DNA from: Hypanus sabinus
Taxonomy: Eukaryota
NCBI RefSeq assembly: GCF_030144855.1
Contig: NC_082712.1
Coordinates: 49,414,001-49,478,000, forward strand
Direction of reading: 5' to 3'
DNA: 64,000 nucleotides
Shown here: piece after piece, positions 62,621-64,000 of the stretch
Layout: each line of letters begins with the position of its first letter
Position numbering within the stretch: the stretch's first letter is position 1
The notes under the pieces: model-generated
Databases searched by the model: none
Seen by the model: the letters and a program-made list of their open reading frames with translations, nothing else
Told to the model about the DNA's origin: nothing
Position numbers and translations under genes: made by a program

Positions 62621-63621
62621 GCCCAGGATAGAAGTTCAGAGAAGAAATCTAGCTCTTTGAGGGATCTCTTCCTGGAGATTGTAATACAATGGCCTGACAT
62701 TTGTATACTTCAACAAAGTTATGGTAGCTGCTAAATCCAAAAAGGTCAACATTATAAAGAAAGTAGAATGCCTTTTTTTCTGAAGGATCTGGGAGTTTTT
62801 TATTTTGTTCTGGACAATGGAATTATGATCAACCCAAAATGAACTGCTCATTCTGAATCCAAATATCAACTAACTTATTGCCTGCAGATGTTTCCTTTTC
62901 TTTATGACTTCCATGCAATTTGTTGCAATGGTCAATAGGAATGATGATTTCAAGAAGATTCAAGATTCATTTATTATCAGAGAATGTATAAATTATACAA
63001 CCTTGAGATTTGCTTCCTCACAGATAGCTACAAAGCAAGAAACCCAAAAGAACCCAATTACAGAAGAAAAGAATAAAAATGAAAGATCAACACTCGATGT
63101 GCAAGAGAAAGAAAAAAAAAGTAAAAATCATACAAGTACTTGAAGTGGACAGCAACAGCATTTGGAACCAAAACTGAGTCCTCAGATCCATACCCTGGAG
63201 CAGTCTGGAGTAGGCCCCAGACCTCACTTATCAATTCACTGTACTATAGTCTAAACAGTAGGTTGTACCTTGCACTAGGACCTGGCTATTGCAAAAGGCA
63301 TTGGGGCTAGGCCACGCCGTCCAGTGACTTGCTTCCGGCCCAGATTCTGTTGCCTAGCTTGATGCTGCTTTCAAGCTTTACAGCTCAGTGCCCAGAGCAC
63401 TTAACCTTGTACCCAGGCCAGTTGAATGGGCATTGGACCTTCTCTGGCTGGGCCCTAACTTCTTTTGGCACTCCGAACAATCCAACCTTACACCCAGGCC
63501 AGCTGTACAGGCATTGAAACTCTATCTGTAATGATTCTGCAACACAAACTTACCTCGCTATTGCTTGCCTCTTCACTACCTGCGGCGATAACACAATTTA
63601 CAACAGAAAGGTATTTTTAGT

Positions 63622-63708
63622 AACACACACAAAATGCTGGTGGAAGACAGCAGGCCTGAGTTGCTTCAATTTCCAGCATCGGCAGATTTCCTCATGTTTG
63701 CCTTTTAT
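63622..63708. mobile_element. Minimal Penelope-pLTR derivative nested in an unclassified minus-strand retroposon (~62960-63770)
   Basis: Both pLTR ends are joined with the centre deleted; flanked by the direct repeat ggtatttttagt (63610-63621, 63709-63720). Confidence 0.6.
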
Positions 63709-64000
63709 GGTATTTTTAGTGACATTTTTAGTAGCATTTCTTATCTTCTTGACTACCAGAAGCTGTTGCACACGTTTGGTAGTTGAGTTGCGGTTAATAT
63801 GGTGTGATTTTGACCCCTTCTTTTCAATGAATAAGTACTTACTATTTTCAGTATTGTTAGATCAATACCAGTTAATTCATTGTTCTTTTGAAGAGGCCTT
63901 GTCACTGGGTTCAGATATCGCCCAAGTGTGGAGCGAAAGACACTGAAGCAGGTTGATAGTTCAGAGACTTTAATGCGAGCAGAGTTAGAGGGAAAAGAAA

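Noticed and set aside
1-64000. CRISPR arrays, prokaryotic operons, rRNA or bona fide tRNA genes
   Set aside because: No regularly spaced repeat-spacer arrays or gene-dense organisation; tRNA-like boxes occur only as decayed SINE heads.

Overview
Eukaryotic, AT-rich, repeat-dominated DNA with one 130-N assembly gap. The repeat content (CR1/HER1-type LINEs with HE1-like SINEs, Rex1/Babar LINEs, Penelope-like elements, Gypsy LTR elements, an L1 fragment) suggests a cartilaginous fish, probably a ray; this is an inference. I found no intact host protein-coding exon, and the recognisable ORF-track entries are decayed retroelement fragments. The main result is a minus-strand Gypsy/Ty3 element (~38997-41779: 5' LTR, PBS-like site, gag, protease, pol tail, PPT, truncated 3' LTR). 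Its RT/RNaseH/integrase core is replaced by an intron-less, stop-disabled copy of the host splicing-factor gene RBM25 (RRM plus RE/RD-rich remnant), joined in frame to the pol C-terminus. This looks like LTR-mediated capture of a cellular mRNA. Second, two distinct Penelope-like families carry hammerhead-ribozyme cores (CUGAUGA...GAAA), including short palindromic non-autonomous copies with target-site duplications (TSDs). Also present are solo LTRs with 5-bp TSDs, a 5'-truncated L1 with a perfect 16-bp TSD, nested insertions and small locally templated duplications. Element boundaries are by eye and approximate unless a TSD or terminus is quoted.
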